A DNA stretch of 64,000 bases from Salinivirgaceae bacterium (GCA_041664345.1 JBAYKX010000001.1:42925-106924), one strand, 5' to 3'. Counted from the stretch's first letter, positions 18,201 to 27,944 are shown. Notes: a model not told the origin generated them from the sequence alone. Numbers and translations: made by a program.

Positions 18201-20177
18201 TTTATTGAGCCAAATGCATCAAGCAATAAGTTTGAGTTTGCCATAGCGCCTAAATCAGTGCGTTGCCATAATATTGGAAGCCCTAATAGTAGCAACTATA
18301 CTGATATTGGATATGAAGTGGATGGAATCGGTGATTATTCATCGTGTGAAGCCGCCAGTGCCTTATTGGTAGCGGTGATTGATTCTACTACCCTAATCCC
18401 TTGGCAATCGGACCGGGGTGATTTTGGCCAAGGCAATTATCCTAAATGCAGTTCCCGAAACCGTCCTGATAATTACTATGTCTTCCACCTATCTTCCGTT
18501 CAAGCGGATTTAGATGCATCCTTGGATAATTTGGTAAATCTAATTGAAAACGAAGTACCTGATGGGTTTTACATCCTTATTTATTCATTTATTGCTGGTA
18601 ATTTTCAGTTATGGCGAGAGCGGCATTATGAAGCATTATTGGAATGGGGAGCCAGCAATGACATCCGTTTTTTGCAAAACAACCAGCCCTATATTTTCTT
18701 TAGCCAAAAAGGAAATCCTTCGCTGGGGCAGGAAGTATCTGGTACTTCCACTGAGACCATTGATTTATATACCGACATTAAATCGAATTTCACTTACGGT
18801 ACTATCGCCAGCATTCCTGTAGGACCCTCCACTCAATGGAAAACTCTTTCGTGGAATTTTACTACTGTTGAAGCTAATCCAAACGAAGTAGCCAATTTGC
18901 AGGTTTATGGCATCGACCCTTTCGGAAATTCAATCCTTTTAATGGATTCCATTACTCAAAATGAAACGGACTTATCCTCAATCAGTGCCAATTCATATCC
19001 CTATATAAAGCTTCAATTTTATACCCGCGATGAAGAGTATGAAACGCCAGCGCAGCTAAAATCATGGAAAGTACTGTATGAACCGGTAACCGATTTGGCT
19101 ATCAATCCACAAAAAGAGTGGAGCTTTTACAGCGATTCCATTCAGGAAGGCGATAAATGCAGGGTAAAAGTGGCCTTTGAAAATATTGGCCCGATTGCTG
19201 TTGATAGTTTATTGGTTAGCTACTGGCTTTTGGATGCAGCCAACAATCAACAATCCATCAGCCGGCACAGGGTTAGCCCATTGGCAGCAGGAGAATCTGT
19301 TATTGATTCTGTTGAGTTTAATACACTCAACCATCGGGGAAAAAACCAACTTTGGATAGAAATAAATCCGGAAACAACTTCGCAGGCTGGGTTCGACCAA
19401 TTGGAACAATATCATTTCAATAATTTGGCAAACAAACCCTTTTATGTGCAAAAAGATGAACGAAACCCGCTGCTCGATGTTACTTTCGATGGAATCCATA
19501 TTATGGATGGTGATTTAGTGTCAGCAAAACCGGAAATAATGGTCCAACTCAACGATGAAAATAAGTTTATTATCTTGAATGACACCTCGCTTTTTAGTTT
19601 GTATATCAAATCGCGGCAAACAGGTATTGAAAATAAGCTGGATATAACCGGCAATCCGGACATCAGTTTTATTCCGGCTCAATTGCCCGAAAACAAAGCT
19701 CATATTAGGTATCAGGCAAATTTTACGCAGGACGGCACCTACGAACTTCGGGTGCAAGCTAAAGATGCTACTGGCAATGAATCAGGACTTTACGATTACT
19801 TGATATCGTTTCAGGTCATCAATGAAAATACCATAACCAACGTGTTTAACTATCCCAATCCGTTCAGCACTTCCACACAGTTTGTTTTTGAACTTACCGG
19901 AAGCGAAATTCCCGATGAACTGCGCATTGAAATACTCACTGTTACTGGGAAAATTGTTAAGGTAATTTACATGGAAGAACTTGGCCCCATTACCATTGGT
20001 AAAAATATTACGCAATATACCTGGAATGGCACCGATATGTTTGGCGATGCTTTAGCAAATGGGGTTTATTTTTACCGGGTTTTTGCGCGTATGCAGGGTA
20101 AAGAACTAAAAATGCGCGATACGGGAACCAATCAATATTTTAAAAACGGGTTTGGTAAAATGTATTTGATGCGGTGA
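15252..20177 (+). CDS. Giant gingipain-family (peptidase C25) PorU-like protein with T9SS-type C-terminal domain
   Basis: 1641 aa counted from the ATG at 15252, with signal peptide LLYFSTSISMAQ. It has a C25-type N-terminal propeptide-like region (NEWIAMNQTYYRFSIPTTGIYHITLQQL). The clan CD His/Cys contexts are MTFFGHGSASGF and LMLANSCYSGD. The C-terminal beta-sandwich (NVFNYPNPFSTSTQFVFEL...NGVYFYRVFA) resembles a T9SS CTD. Confidence 0.65.
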   Translation: MQPSINIILKRILVVLLYFSTSISMAQNYGNEWIAMNQTYYRFSIPTTGIYHITLQQLQQAGVPVNSNNPQNIQLFYNGQEIPCYIKGESTGLLEYIEFFAQKNTGWFDVEIYDKPENQTNPYYSMITDTAAVFITWNSSFSNRRMTLETDQNFTGYSAAPYCRYQSLVQYTGRYFESWPDCQYTEAEGWADNNAISLGNTVTKNISTPKCVANGSPVSIDWSLLTYSVNSHHLKITGPDFITDTIFSTYKTIKKSYSLTNITLSSQTPINFESINDVNALTDYSAVSYISITYPRSFANITENSFLFSLPASPSRKTYLEFPGLSSGNYSLFDVSRGIKISVISEGGLHKSLVPASANEIQLVLVKNEGLLLPTQIRLSVMVNHASKNKQHLILSHPKLWVQAEEYANYRQAYLINAEYLYDQFGYGIRKHPIAIRYFLRYIVSNWTTLPTDLFIIGKGVNIGPRESNSIVETRNNPAAFNASLVPSMGYTASDELLGMGVKGTRLESFIPIGRLAAQNGSQVSNYLEKVQQFEQNEPAEWMKHLIHFGGGINNSEQNLFEDYLNSYRLIANDTLFGGYVSTFLKKSSDPITISRNDSITGLVNNGVSLMTFFGHGSASGFDQNIDDPSAYQNQGKYPLMLANSCYSGDIHLYSQYSTSENWVFIPEKGAIGFLAMVGQGYPSYLNMFTTQFYRQLSSLSYGKPIGSIINEAKKAMQVNATLGHIFNETVHSFTLHGDPAVVLNSFPLPDLSMIPEQVFFTPANITTEQDSFYINVVPVNISRTSSQPFIIDVQRTFQDGGSANYQAVVNGLFYKDTVRIKLPVDFIKGQGLNEFFIRLDVQNQWEELSELNNTASVNTFISSSDIIPVIPYEYSVYPLTNPILKASTGNALSVEQTSIFEIDTTQLFNSPLLISQEITHSGGVVEWQPGISFNQQTPYFWRAGKKNTSEPMKWSTSSFAVEAGKSGWQQKNMGQLVANQYKFIEPNASSNKFEFAIAPKSVRCHNIGSPNSSNYTDIGYEVDGIGDYSSCEAASALLVAVIDSTTLIPWQSDRGDFGQGNYPKCSSRNRPDNYYVFHLSSVQADLDASLDNLVNLIENEVPDGFYILIYSFIAGNFQLWRERHYEALLEWGASNDIRFLQNNQPYIFFSQKGNPSLGQEVSGTSTETIDLYTDIKSNFTYGTIASIPVGPSTQWKTLSWNFTTVEANPNEVANLQVYGIDPFGNSILLMDSITQNETDLSSISANSYPYIKLQFYTRDEEYETPAQLKSWKVLYEPVTDLAINPQKEWSFYSDSIQEGDKCRVKVAFENIGPIAVDSLLVSYWLLDAANNQQSISRHRVSPLAAGESVIDSVEFNTLNHRGKNQLWIEINPETTSQAGFDQLEQYHFNNLANKPFYVQKDERNPLLDVTFDGIHIMDGDLVSAKPEIMVQLNDENKFIILNDTSLFSLYIKSRQTGIENKLDITGNPDISFIPAQLPENKAHIRYQANFTQDGTYELRVQAKDATGNESGLYDYLISFQVINENTITNVFNYPNPFSTSTQFVFELTGSEIPDELRIEILTVTGKIVKVIYMEELGPITIGKNITQYTWNGTDMFGDALANGVYFYRVFARMQGKELKMRDTGTNQYFKNGFGKMYLMR

Positions 20178-20190
20178 TAAACGGATGGAC

Positions 20191-20286
20191 GGTGAAAAGG
20201 TGACAAGGTGACAAGGTAACAGGGTGAAAAAAAGGGAAGGTGGAAAGGTGGAAAGGTTACAAGGTGAAAAAAAGGGAAGATGGAAC
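20191..20286. repeat. Degenerate octamer tandem array (12 units of 8 nt)
   Basis: GGTGAAAA GGTGACAA GGTGACAA GGTAACAG GGTGAAAA AAAGGGAA GGTGGAAA GGTGGAAA GGTTACAA GGTGAAAA AAAGGGAA GATGGAAC, starting 14 nt after the stop of the C25 gene. Confidence 0.8.
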
Positions 20287-20375
20287 TTGCAGCGCTCCGC
20301 AAAAGCGAGACAAGCCGGTGCGAGAAAGTTACAGAATAAACCCGCATTGCTTATGATATAAGTGTTGTAGGCTGC

Positions 20376-21194
20376 TTATTTTACAATTTTTAATTCCTTC
20401 AATATTTTCTTTGTCAACTCAATCCGAAAATTATTATTCAAATCACTGAAATTAGTTACCATTACATTCATTGCAAATATATTTGTTCCAGTTTCGGTCT
20501 CAACAAAACCAACATACCAACCAATGACTTTGTTATCCCAACAATCCCCACTACCCGTTTTTCCATACAATTTGTAATCAGTGGTAGTTTCATAAAGAAT
20601 TATACTCTTTACAGCATCCATGTTTTTATCCGAAAATCCTTCCAATTTATGTAAATACAGTCGCTTTAAAAATTCTATCTGCTCGTTTATTGAAATCTGG
20701 ATTGAACCACAAAGCCAATAAGTATCTAATCCGCTCGATATATCGTTATTGCCGTAATCCAAATCGTTAACCATTTTTTGCATCCGCTCTTTTCCAACCC
20801 GCCTGGCTAACTCCTGATAATACCAAACACAAGAATATTTGATGGCTCTTTTTAAGGACAAATCGTGATACCAATATTTGAATGGTTCATTTGCCAATAG
20901 AACCGAATCCTTTGGATGAAGTTTGCAATCATAGTTGATAATAAATCCTGTATCAGAAATTACTCCCGTTTCCAATCCAATCAATGAGTTTGGAATCTTA
21001 AATGTTGAGCAAGGCGAAAATCTCTTTTTACACTGTTCAGGGTTGTATTGAATGTATTTGTCAGTATTAACATCGTAAATACTGAATCCACCCACAAAGT
21101 CACCGTAATAGGGTTTGAGGTCAATTGTATCAATCTTTTGACCAAACAAATCACAAGTCAATAAAACCAAGCTATATAATACTATTTGTTTCAT
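20376..21194 (-). CDS. Class D (OXA-like) beta-lactamase / penicillin-binding domain protein
   Basis: Start placed at MKQIVLYSLVLLTCDLFGQ (signal peptide). All class D motifs appear in order: STFK, SCV (SxV), YGN, KTG and GWYVGF. Confidence 0.75.
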   Translation of the reverse strand: MKQIVLYSLVLLTCDLFGQKIDTIDLKPYYGDFVGGFSIYDVNTDKYIQYNPEQCKKRFSPCSTFKIPNSLIGLETGVISDTGFIINYDCKLHPKDSVLLANEPFKYWYHDLSLKRAIKYSCVWYYQELARRVGKERMQKMVNDLDYGNNDISSGLDTYWLCGSIQISINEQIEFLKRLYLHKLEGFSDKNMDAVKSIILYETTTDYKLYGKTGSGDCWDNKVIGWYVGFVETETGTNIFAMNVMVTNFSDLNNNFRIELTKKILKELKIVK

Positions 21195-21556
21195 TCGGAG
21201 ATGTCTTTTTAAGTGGAACAGAACGAGTACTACTACCAATTTAGTGGGTAAATTTAGCTAAAAAGGGTATAACAATTAGGCTATTACGACTTTTGATCAA
21301 CTGAATTCCTAAAATAGTGTTATATACCATATAATCAATCATATAAATGTTTAATATTGTTAAGTTTAAACTGTATTTGCAGTAGAGCCATCTTTTTTCA
21401 ATATAAAAAATATGGTGTAGATTACCTTGAAGCGTTGAACAAGCAGAATGAGATTAAAAAGATAACGGGGCTTTAACGTTCTGCTTTTTCTATTGTGTTA
21501 AACTTAGTTTTGCTAATGAAATGGTCAAGGGAAGCATAACCCATAATTAAAAACCA

Positions 21557-22204
21557 TTAAAAATTAATCGGTACCGTAAAAGAAACCCGTGCTGGCTTAC
21601 CAGCTTGTTTCCCGGGAATCCAATCAGGCATAGCCCGTATTATTTCATTTGCAAAATTATCCAGTTTTTGGTTGTTACTTCGCACAACTCTTACTTCGTC
21701 AATTTTACCTTGCTCATCAACCACAAAACAAACAAATACTCTTCCCTTTTGAATAGAATCAGTATTTGCTATTGTTTGCTCAACCGAGTTTGAAATATAT
21801 TTTCTCAATTCAATATCACCACCAATAAATACAGGCATTTGCTCGACCACATAAAACACCATGGAATCTTTTGCAACTGAACTGTAATTTTCCTCATTTC
21901 TTTTAATTTTAAAAAGGGTTGTTGTTATACGTCCATTTATTGAATTAACATAAATTGCAGCGGAATCGTTTCCTGTGAGTTTGAATGCCAATTCATCCTT
22001 TTCTTTTGGCTCATTCCTCCGAAAACTAAATTGGTAATTACCGCTGGGCAGATTATTAAAAAACAGTTGTCCATTTGGAACAGCATTGCCATTCATGGTT
22101 ACTTGCAGGTTGGTAACTAGGCCTTTTATACTAATTAGGTTGGATTGGGAAAATGTATGTAGCTGAAATGTCAGAATAAGTAAAGTGAATAGTTGTTTCT
22201 TCAT
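21557..22204 (-). CDS. TonB C-terminal domain-containing exported protein
   Basis: Start placed at MKKQLFTLLILTFQLHTFSQ. The C-terminus (VVEQMPVFIGGDIELRKYISNSV...GRVFVCFVVDEQGKIDEVRVVRS...PGKQAGKPARVSFTVPINF) has the TonB_C pattern. Confidence 0.7.
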   Translation of the reverse strand: MKKQLFTLLILTFQLHTFSQSNLISIKGLVTNLQVTMNGNAVPNGQLFFNNLPSGNYQFSFRRNEPKEKDELAFKLTGNDSAAIYVNSINGRITTTLFKIKRNEENYSSVAKDSMVFYVVEQMPVFIGGDIELRKYISNSVEQTIANTDSIQKGRVFVCFVVDEQGKIDEVRVVRSNNQKLDNFANEIIRAMPDWIPGKQAGKPARVSFTVPINF

Positions 22205-22450
22205 TTTGTAGGATATTATCTTCCCAAAAGAGCAAAAAAACCAGCTATTCCATAAGTGAGCATGCAATTGCAGGTACACGGCACTATAAAAACAAGGTAA
22301 CAAAATCTATATCGGGGTAAACCCAATTAACGCAAATATTTCGCTCCTAAAGCCACTCCTATTGCGTAATTTGGGTTTAACAGTTTTTTAGTGCTACCAA
22401 TTTTCCTAACTTTGCTAAATTGTTGATTGACCTTTGATTGTGTTAACTAA

Positions 22451-25400
22451 ATGCGAAGTAAGCTCCTTTTCGGCCTTTTATTTTTGTTGCCATTTGCACA
22501 AATGGCTGAAAATAAAACGAACGTGCATTTCATTTCACGTCGCGAGGGATTGTCGAACGGTGCCGTAAATACCATTGTTAAAGATGCCGAAGGGTATATT
22601 TGGTTTGGAACCTGGAACGGGCTCAACCGGTACGATGGCAGCAATATGGTTACTTACCTTCCGGGGAGTAATACCAATTCCATTCACAACCATGTTATCA
22701 GGGGATTATACCCCACAGAACCGGGGCCCATATGGATGCTTACCAATAAAGGAATCGGCCTATACGATAACATCCACGACCGGTTCACCTCATATTTTAC
22801 CAAGGAATCGGAACAAATAAACTATGAAGATGATATTGCCATTTGTTATTCAAAGAGCTTTGGAACTTTGGTATCTGTTTTTGGAAGAGGGATATTTCAT
22901 TTTGACAGCATCACAACACAATTCAATAAAATTGATTTCGACGAAGGTTCGCAACAATTAGCAACCAGTATAAAACGGATTCACTTGATAGAGAGCCGTG
23001 CTTACAGTATTTCTTCGGATGGCAAATTATATGAGGTGTTGGCGAATCATCTTCAAGAGGTTTTAAAACTTCCATTAACAGGTATCCTATCAACCTCTAT
23101 TTCAGTTAACATCAACCGTCGTCCGTATATTCTTATTACTCAACGAGCCGGGGCTGCTCTGCTGGTTGATTTGGAAGCTAAAGAAGTTCAGTTGCTTAGC
23201 ATCCCTAACGATATTATTACCTCCTTTTCCCTTTCAAAGGAAAAGGAAAGAATCTGGGTTGGAACCGAAAAAGGGAAAATATACCGTTTAAATTTGCAGA
23301 ACCGTAATTTTTTATTATTCAATATACTCACCGGTTCGTTTATCGATAACCCCATTGCTACCCGAATATTAAGTATTTATGAAACCGATACGGATCTATT
23401 ATGGATAGGAACCGACGGGAATGGGGTGTATGCCCTTAATTTTACTGATTTTCCGAATAAAAGTTTGTCGTCGAATCAGTTAACATATCCCATTGTCCGT
23501 AGTATTTTAGTGACCCGGAAAAAGGATGTTTTAATAGGCACCAAAGGGGGTGGAATTGATATATTCGATGCCAATGGAAGACGCATTAAATCCATTTCGG
23601 TTAAAAACGGGTTGAACAATAATTCCGTACTTTCGTTCCATGAGCATAACGATGGTTCCATTTGGGTGGGTACTGATGGAAAAGGAGTTGATATTATTTC
23701 GGCTGATTATAAAACCATCCGCAATTTTCCCCGCGATTTTAAAAACAGCCAATCTATAGAATTTGCTTCGGTTTATCGCATCCTTAATGGCAGCGATGGG
23801 CGAATATACTTGGGAACGAGTGGCTTTGGGGTAATATTGATTGAGCTAGATACAAAAAACGGTACCTTGCCCATAAGTTGCGAACAGCTGATACTCGACA
23901 AAAGTATTGAAAGGCCCAATCAGCAAAAGCAGATAGTATATGCCATAACGGAAGAAAAACCGGGTACTATTTGGATAGGCACCCGTGGATTGGGATTATA
24001 CCGGTACAATACCATCACTAAGCGGGTAATGGGTCAGTACAGCACCCTTTCGCAACCAAATGCAATTAAGAACGATGATATCCTTTCGTTGTTCACCGAA
24101 TTGAATGGAGACATTTGGGTAGGAAGTAGCAATGGACTTTTTGGTATTAAGCCTATTACTGCCGATTCTATAAACGTTATCGGGATTGGTGTTCAGTCCG
24201 ATGTTTCCAGTACCAGTATTCATGCCATTCAGTTGGACGACCTGGGTAACTTGTGGGTAACCACCAATCAGGGGCTTTCAATAATTGACCCTAGCAGATT
24301 GAAAGTAAGGAGTTTCGATTTGAGTGATGGGCTAAATAATATTGAATACAGCGATGGCGCTTCGTTTTACGATACAAATACAGGCAGGATTTATGTTGGA
24401 GGTACCATGGGTGTGGATATTGTACAAACCAATGAAATTAAAAACACCACATATTTTCCGCCAATAGCCATTAATCAGCTTTTTATAAAAAACAATCCGG
24501 TAGCTATTGGAAATGATAGTCCACTTATAAGTCGCATCAACCATCAGAAGAGTTTGAAATTAGCCTACAACCAGAATTCCATTACATTTTATGTTTCGCC
24601 TCTTGTTTACTGGGGCCAGGAACGATACCGGATTTCGTATTGGCTTAAAAATTTTGACAACGGGTGGGTTGTTAACCCAACAAATCAGCCTATTAATTAT
24701 TCCAATCTGGCATGGGGGATTTATTACCTGCAATTACGGGTGAGCGACGAGAATGGCAATTGGTCAGGCGAAACCCGGGAAATAGAGATTTTAATAGAGC
24801 CCCCTTTGTGGGCCACATCGTGGGCAATAGTGAGCTATATTCTGCTAATTATTGCAATCCAGGTTTTTATATTTGTAACCTACCGCAAGAGGGCTGCTCG
24901 TAAAAAAGAAGTTGCCTTAAAGGAATTTCAAAAGGAAAAAGAAGCAGAATTGCAGAGCTATAAAATTGAGTTTTTTACCAATGTAGCCCATGAGTTCCGC
25001 ACACCGCTTACCCTTATTAACTCACACATTCATGCCTTGCTCGAAGATACACGGAATACGTTGGAAATCCGCGGCTCTTGAAGGTTTACAACAATAGTGT
25101 AAAACTTCAAAAGTTGGTTTTGGAAATTATGCAATTCCGCAAATTGGAAAAAGGTAAGGAACCTTTAAATATTCAATTAGCAAAACCTGTTGAACTATTA
25201 AAAGAAGTGGTTTCTGACTTGGAACAACTTGCCACACAAAAAAATATTTGCTGCCAGATTATTCCTCCTGAAAATGAAATTGTTTTTAAAACCGATGCCG
25301 ATAAATTTCAACGTATTGTTACTAATTTAATGTCGAATGCAATAAAGTACAATAAGCCTGGAGGATTTGTGAATGCCACTGTTACATTGGATAATTCAGC

Positions 25401-26505
25401 ACTCATAGTAAAAATTGAAGATAATGGGCTTGGTATAAAGCCGGAGTATTCCCAAAAGGTTTTTGAACCATTCGGTATCTCCTCGGTATTGCGAAAAGGC
25501 AGTTTTCCAGGATACCGTTCCACCGGGTTAGGGCTGGCCGTTACAAAAGGCCTGGTTTAATTGCTTAAAGGGACTATTAGTTTTGAAAGCGGATTAGAAC
25601 GGGGAACAACCTTTATTTGTACGTTTCCAGACGTAATGGAAATCAATTCAGGAGCATTCGTAAATGAGCCAGCTGAGGTATTGAATGAAATCAGTTTTAA
25701 CAATGAATCCAGACTGAATCAACCTAATGAAAATCCAGTACTTTTTTCAGGAAAACCCCTAATATTGCTAGTTGATGACGAGCCTGATATATTGCAAGTA
25801 CTACATGATTTTCTGAAAGAAGATTATAATGTCATTTTTGCTGAAAATGGATTGGAGGCTTATGAAAAAGTGATTTCCGAAAAGCCTGATTTGATAGTTT
25901 CCGATATCATGATGCCTAAATTGGATGGAATAGAACTCTGCGGTCGGTTGAGGACAAACTTTGATACCAGCCATTTGCCCTTGATCCTGTTAACTGCCAA
26001 AGCTGAAATAGAAGACCGTATTGTTGGGCTTAAAGCAGGTGCCGATTCTTATATCCCAAAACCTTTTCATCCGGAACATTTGAAAGTGCGGGTGGAAAAA
26101 TTGCTGCAACTGAGGTCCAGCATTAGAAGCCAATTTGGCAAACAAGATGTATATCCTGCTTTGGTTAAGGAAATTCCGGATCCGTTTTTTCAGAAAATGC
26201 TTAACTATATTGATGAAAACATTGATGATGAAACCCTTTCATCAGAGAAACTTTGCGATAAACTGTCCATCAGTAAATCGTCGCTTTATAATAAAACCAA
26301 ATCGCTCCTGGGTACTACGCCCCACAGCATGATAAACCAGCGCCGATTAAGTAAAGCAGCCATGCTTTTAAAGTCAACTTCATTAACCGTAAGTGAAATA
26401 ATTGTACAAACCGGCTTTGCAAGTAGAACCCACTTTTATGAGTTGTTTAGCAATGCATATAATTGTTCCCCATCCGACTATAGAAACAAACCCAGCGGAA
26501 AGTAA
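22451..26505 (+). pseudogene. Hybrid two-component system (beta-propeller/Y_Y_Y sensor, His kinase, receiver, AraC HTH), disrupted
   Basis: Three consecutive ORFs together make one HTCS: periplasmic propeller repeats (GLNRYDG, WIGT, WVGT), a TM segment, the H-box NVAHEFRTPLTLI, an HATPase domain (NAIKYNKPGG ... GLGLAV), a receiver (LLVDDEPDIL ... SDIMMPKLDG ... LTAK) and an AraC HTH. There is a frameshift near 25062-25070. There is also an in-frame TAA at 25558-25560, inside the HATPase domain (TKGLV*LLKGTISFES). Confidence 0.8.
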
Positions 26506-26824
26506 AGAATTTTCTAAAAGAGTATTTCTTTGTAAATGAATTAGTTGATTTTTAAGGCACTACACATATTTGAATGAAAAAGGCAGATTCATTGACATAA
26601 TTTTAAGTTGAGTGCTTGGAGCATAGCTAACAAACTCTTTACACTTAGGTAAAACCCTTCCGATCCCTAGTAGGGTTATCTATGTGACTGATCCCGAGCG
26701 AAGCTAATGTATCTCAGGATAAAACTCCCCATAGCTCTTCTAAAATATAAAATTGTTTTCAGGCAATACATCTTCAGCTCTGCTGCGAGGTAGTTTATTA
26801 TCCAATACATTAGAGGATTTCACC

Positions 26825-27523
26825 TTACTGTAATATGTATGCATTTGGTTGATGCTCCAGCAATACATAACACCTACCTTTTTCCTGCATTTTAATCAAA
26901 TCGCGCAGCAATAAGTTGCGCAACCGATAGGAATAGATGGGCTCACTATTTCCGCGTTCAAAAAAGCGGGTTTGCGAAAGGTCCACGGTTAGCCCATAAT
27001 AATGCGATGAGTTGTTGGGCGTGGCATTTACATTGGTTTTGCGTAGTCCCTTTTGATCGTTCTGTGTTCGCATGATAGAGGTAACCGAAAACCGGTATGG
27101 CCGGATGCCTTGTGCGGCGAGGCTTTTCTCAAATTGAACCCCCAAATCGTCTAAAAAATCTTTGGCATCGTCTTTTAAATACGGCAACGAATGCGACAAA
27201 TGAGGAACCTCATAATACCGACAGTCCTTTATGGCAGCCAAATCATAATTCCTGACGTACTTGTTTTTATGGTCAAGCATCTCTTTTTGCGATTTGAATG
27301 GTTTGGGAATTCCATTTTTCTGACCAACTTCCAGATGATAGGCGTTTGGATACTTTTTCAGGGCCTTGGTTTCAGCCGGAGATAGTACAACTACCGAAAC
27401 CTCATCAATGGTTTTGCCTTTTACAAGCATCTTAACTAATACCCGTACCAACAGAATAACTCCCAACAAAGCCAATACATAAATCGCTATTTTTTGTTTA
27501 TCGTAATGCTTTGCTACCGACAT
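26825..27523 (-). CDS. Membrane-anchored LAS/M15-like peptidase-fold protein (DUF5715-like)
   Basis: Start at the ATG (MSVAKHY), followed by one N-terminal TM segment. VanY/M15-like elements are present: FSVTSIMRTQNDQ and SSHYYGLTVDL (HxxGxxxD). The family assignment is tentative. Confidence 0.45.
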   Translation of the reverse strand: MSVAKHYDKQKIAIYVLALLGVILLVRVLVKMLVKGKTIDEVSVVVLSPAETKALKKYPNAYHLEVGQKNGIPKPFKSQKEMLDHKNKYVRNYDLAAIKDCRYYEVPHLSHSLPYLKDDAKDFLDDLGVQFEKSLAAQGIRPYRFSVTSIMRTQNDQKGLRKTNVNATPNNSSHYYGLTVDLSQTRFFERGNSEPIYSYRLRNLLLRDLIKMQEKGRCYVLLEHQPNAYILQ

Positions 27524-27637
27524 GGGCTTGCTTGTTAGGTTAAGTAACAGTTTTGCCAAAGGTAATAAAACCGCTTAATCAGAGACCGGTTGTTAGTAAG
27601 TTGTGTAAAAACTTGGGCAATGCTTACTCTCACTCAA

Positions 27638-27944
27638 GCTGGTTGCTAGTTACTGGTAGCTGGATGCTGGATGCTGGTGGCTGGATGCTGGATGCTGGTG
27701 GCTGATTACTGGTGACTTGTATCTTACTTCTCAATGTTGCGGTGCATGTAACGTTGCCATTCCATTGAAAAATTATTGGATGCACCGCAAACGACGCACG
27801 TTATTCCACCAAGGGAGCTGCCCTTGGCTTTGTTCTTTCGCCCCTTTGGGGCTTTTTCGTTTTCCAACTTTGGTCTTCCTTCTTCCTTAATCTGACTTCC
27901 AACTTCCATCTTCTAACTTCTAATCTCTATCTTCCAACTTCCCA
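27638..27944. repeat. Composite repeat element, copy A: (GCTGGAT)n array, three-hairpin core, (CTTCCAA)n array
   Basis: The left array is 11 heptamers (27638-27714). The core (27723-27854) aligns with 35363-35505. It contains stem TGCGGTGCAT/ATGCACCGCA (27738-47 / 27780-89), hairpin CCAAGGG-agctg-CCCTTGG (27809-27827) and hairpin GCCCC-ttt-GGGGC followed by TTTTT (27840-27857). The right array is 12 heptamers (27861-27944). Confidence 0.8.

Noticed and set aside
25078-26505. Treating 25078-25560 and 25561-26505 as independent genes (a stand-alone ATPase fragment and a response regulator).
   Set aside because: Both begin at non-ATG codons with no upstream signals. The first lacks an H-box. 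The two are in the same frame, separated by a single TAA inside the HATPase fold. Together with 22451-25081 they form one canonical HTCS.
27724-27909. ORFs over repeat arrays: 27724-27909 (-), 35377-35583 (+) and 20132-20347 (-).
   Set aside because: They are translations of the heptamer/octamer arrays and hairpin cores. The period of 7-8 nt is incompatible with coding, and the peptides are repetitive artefacts.
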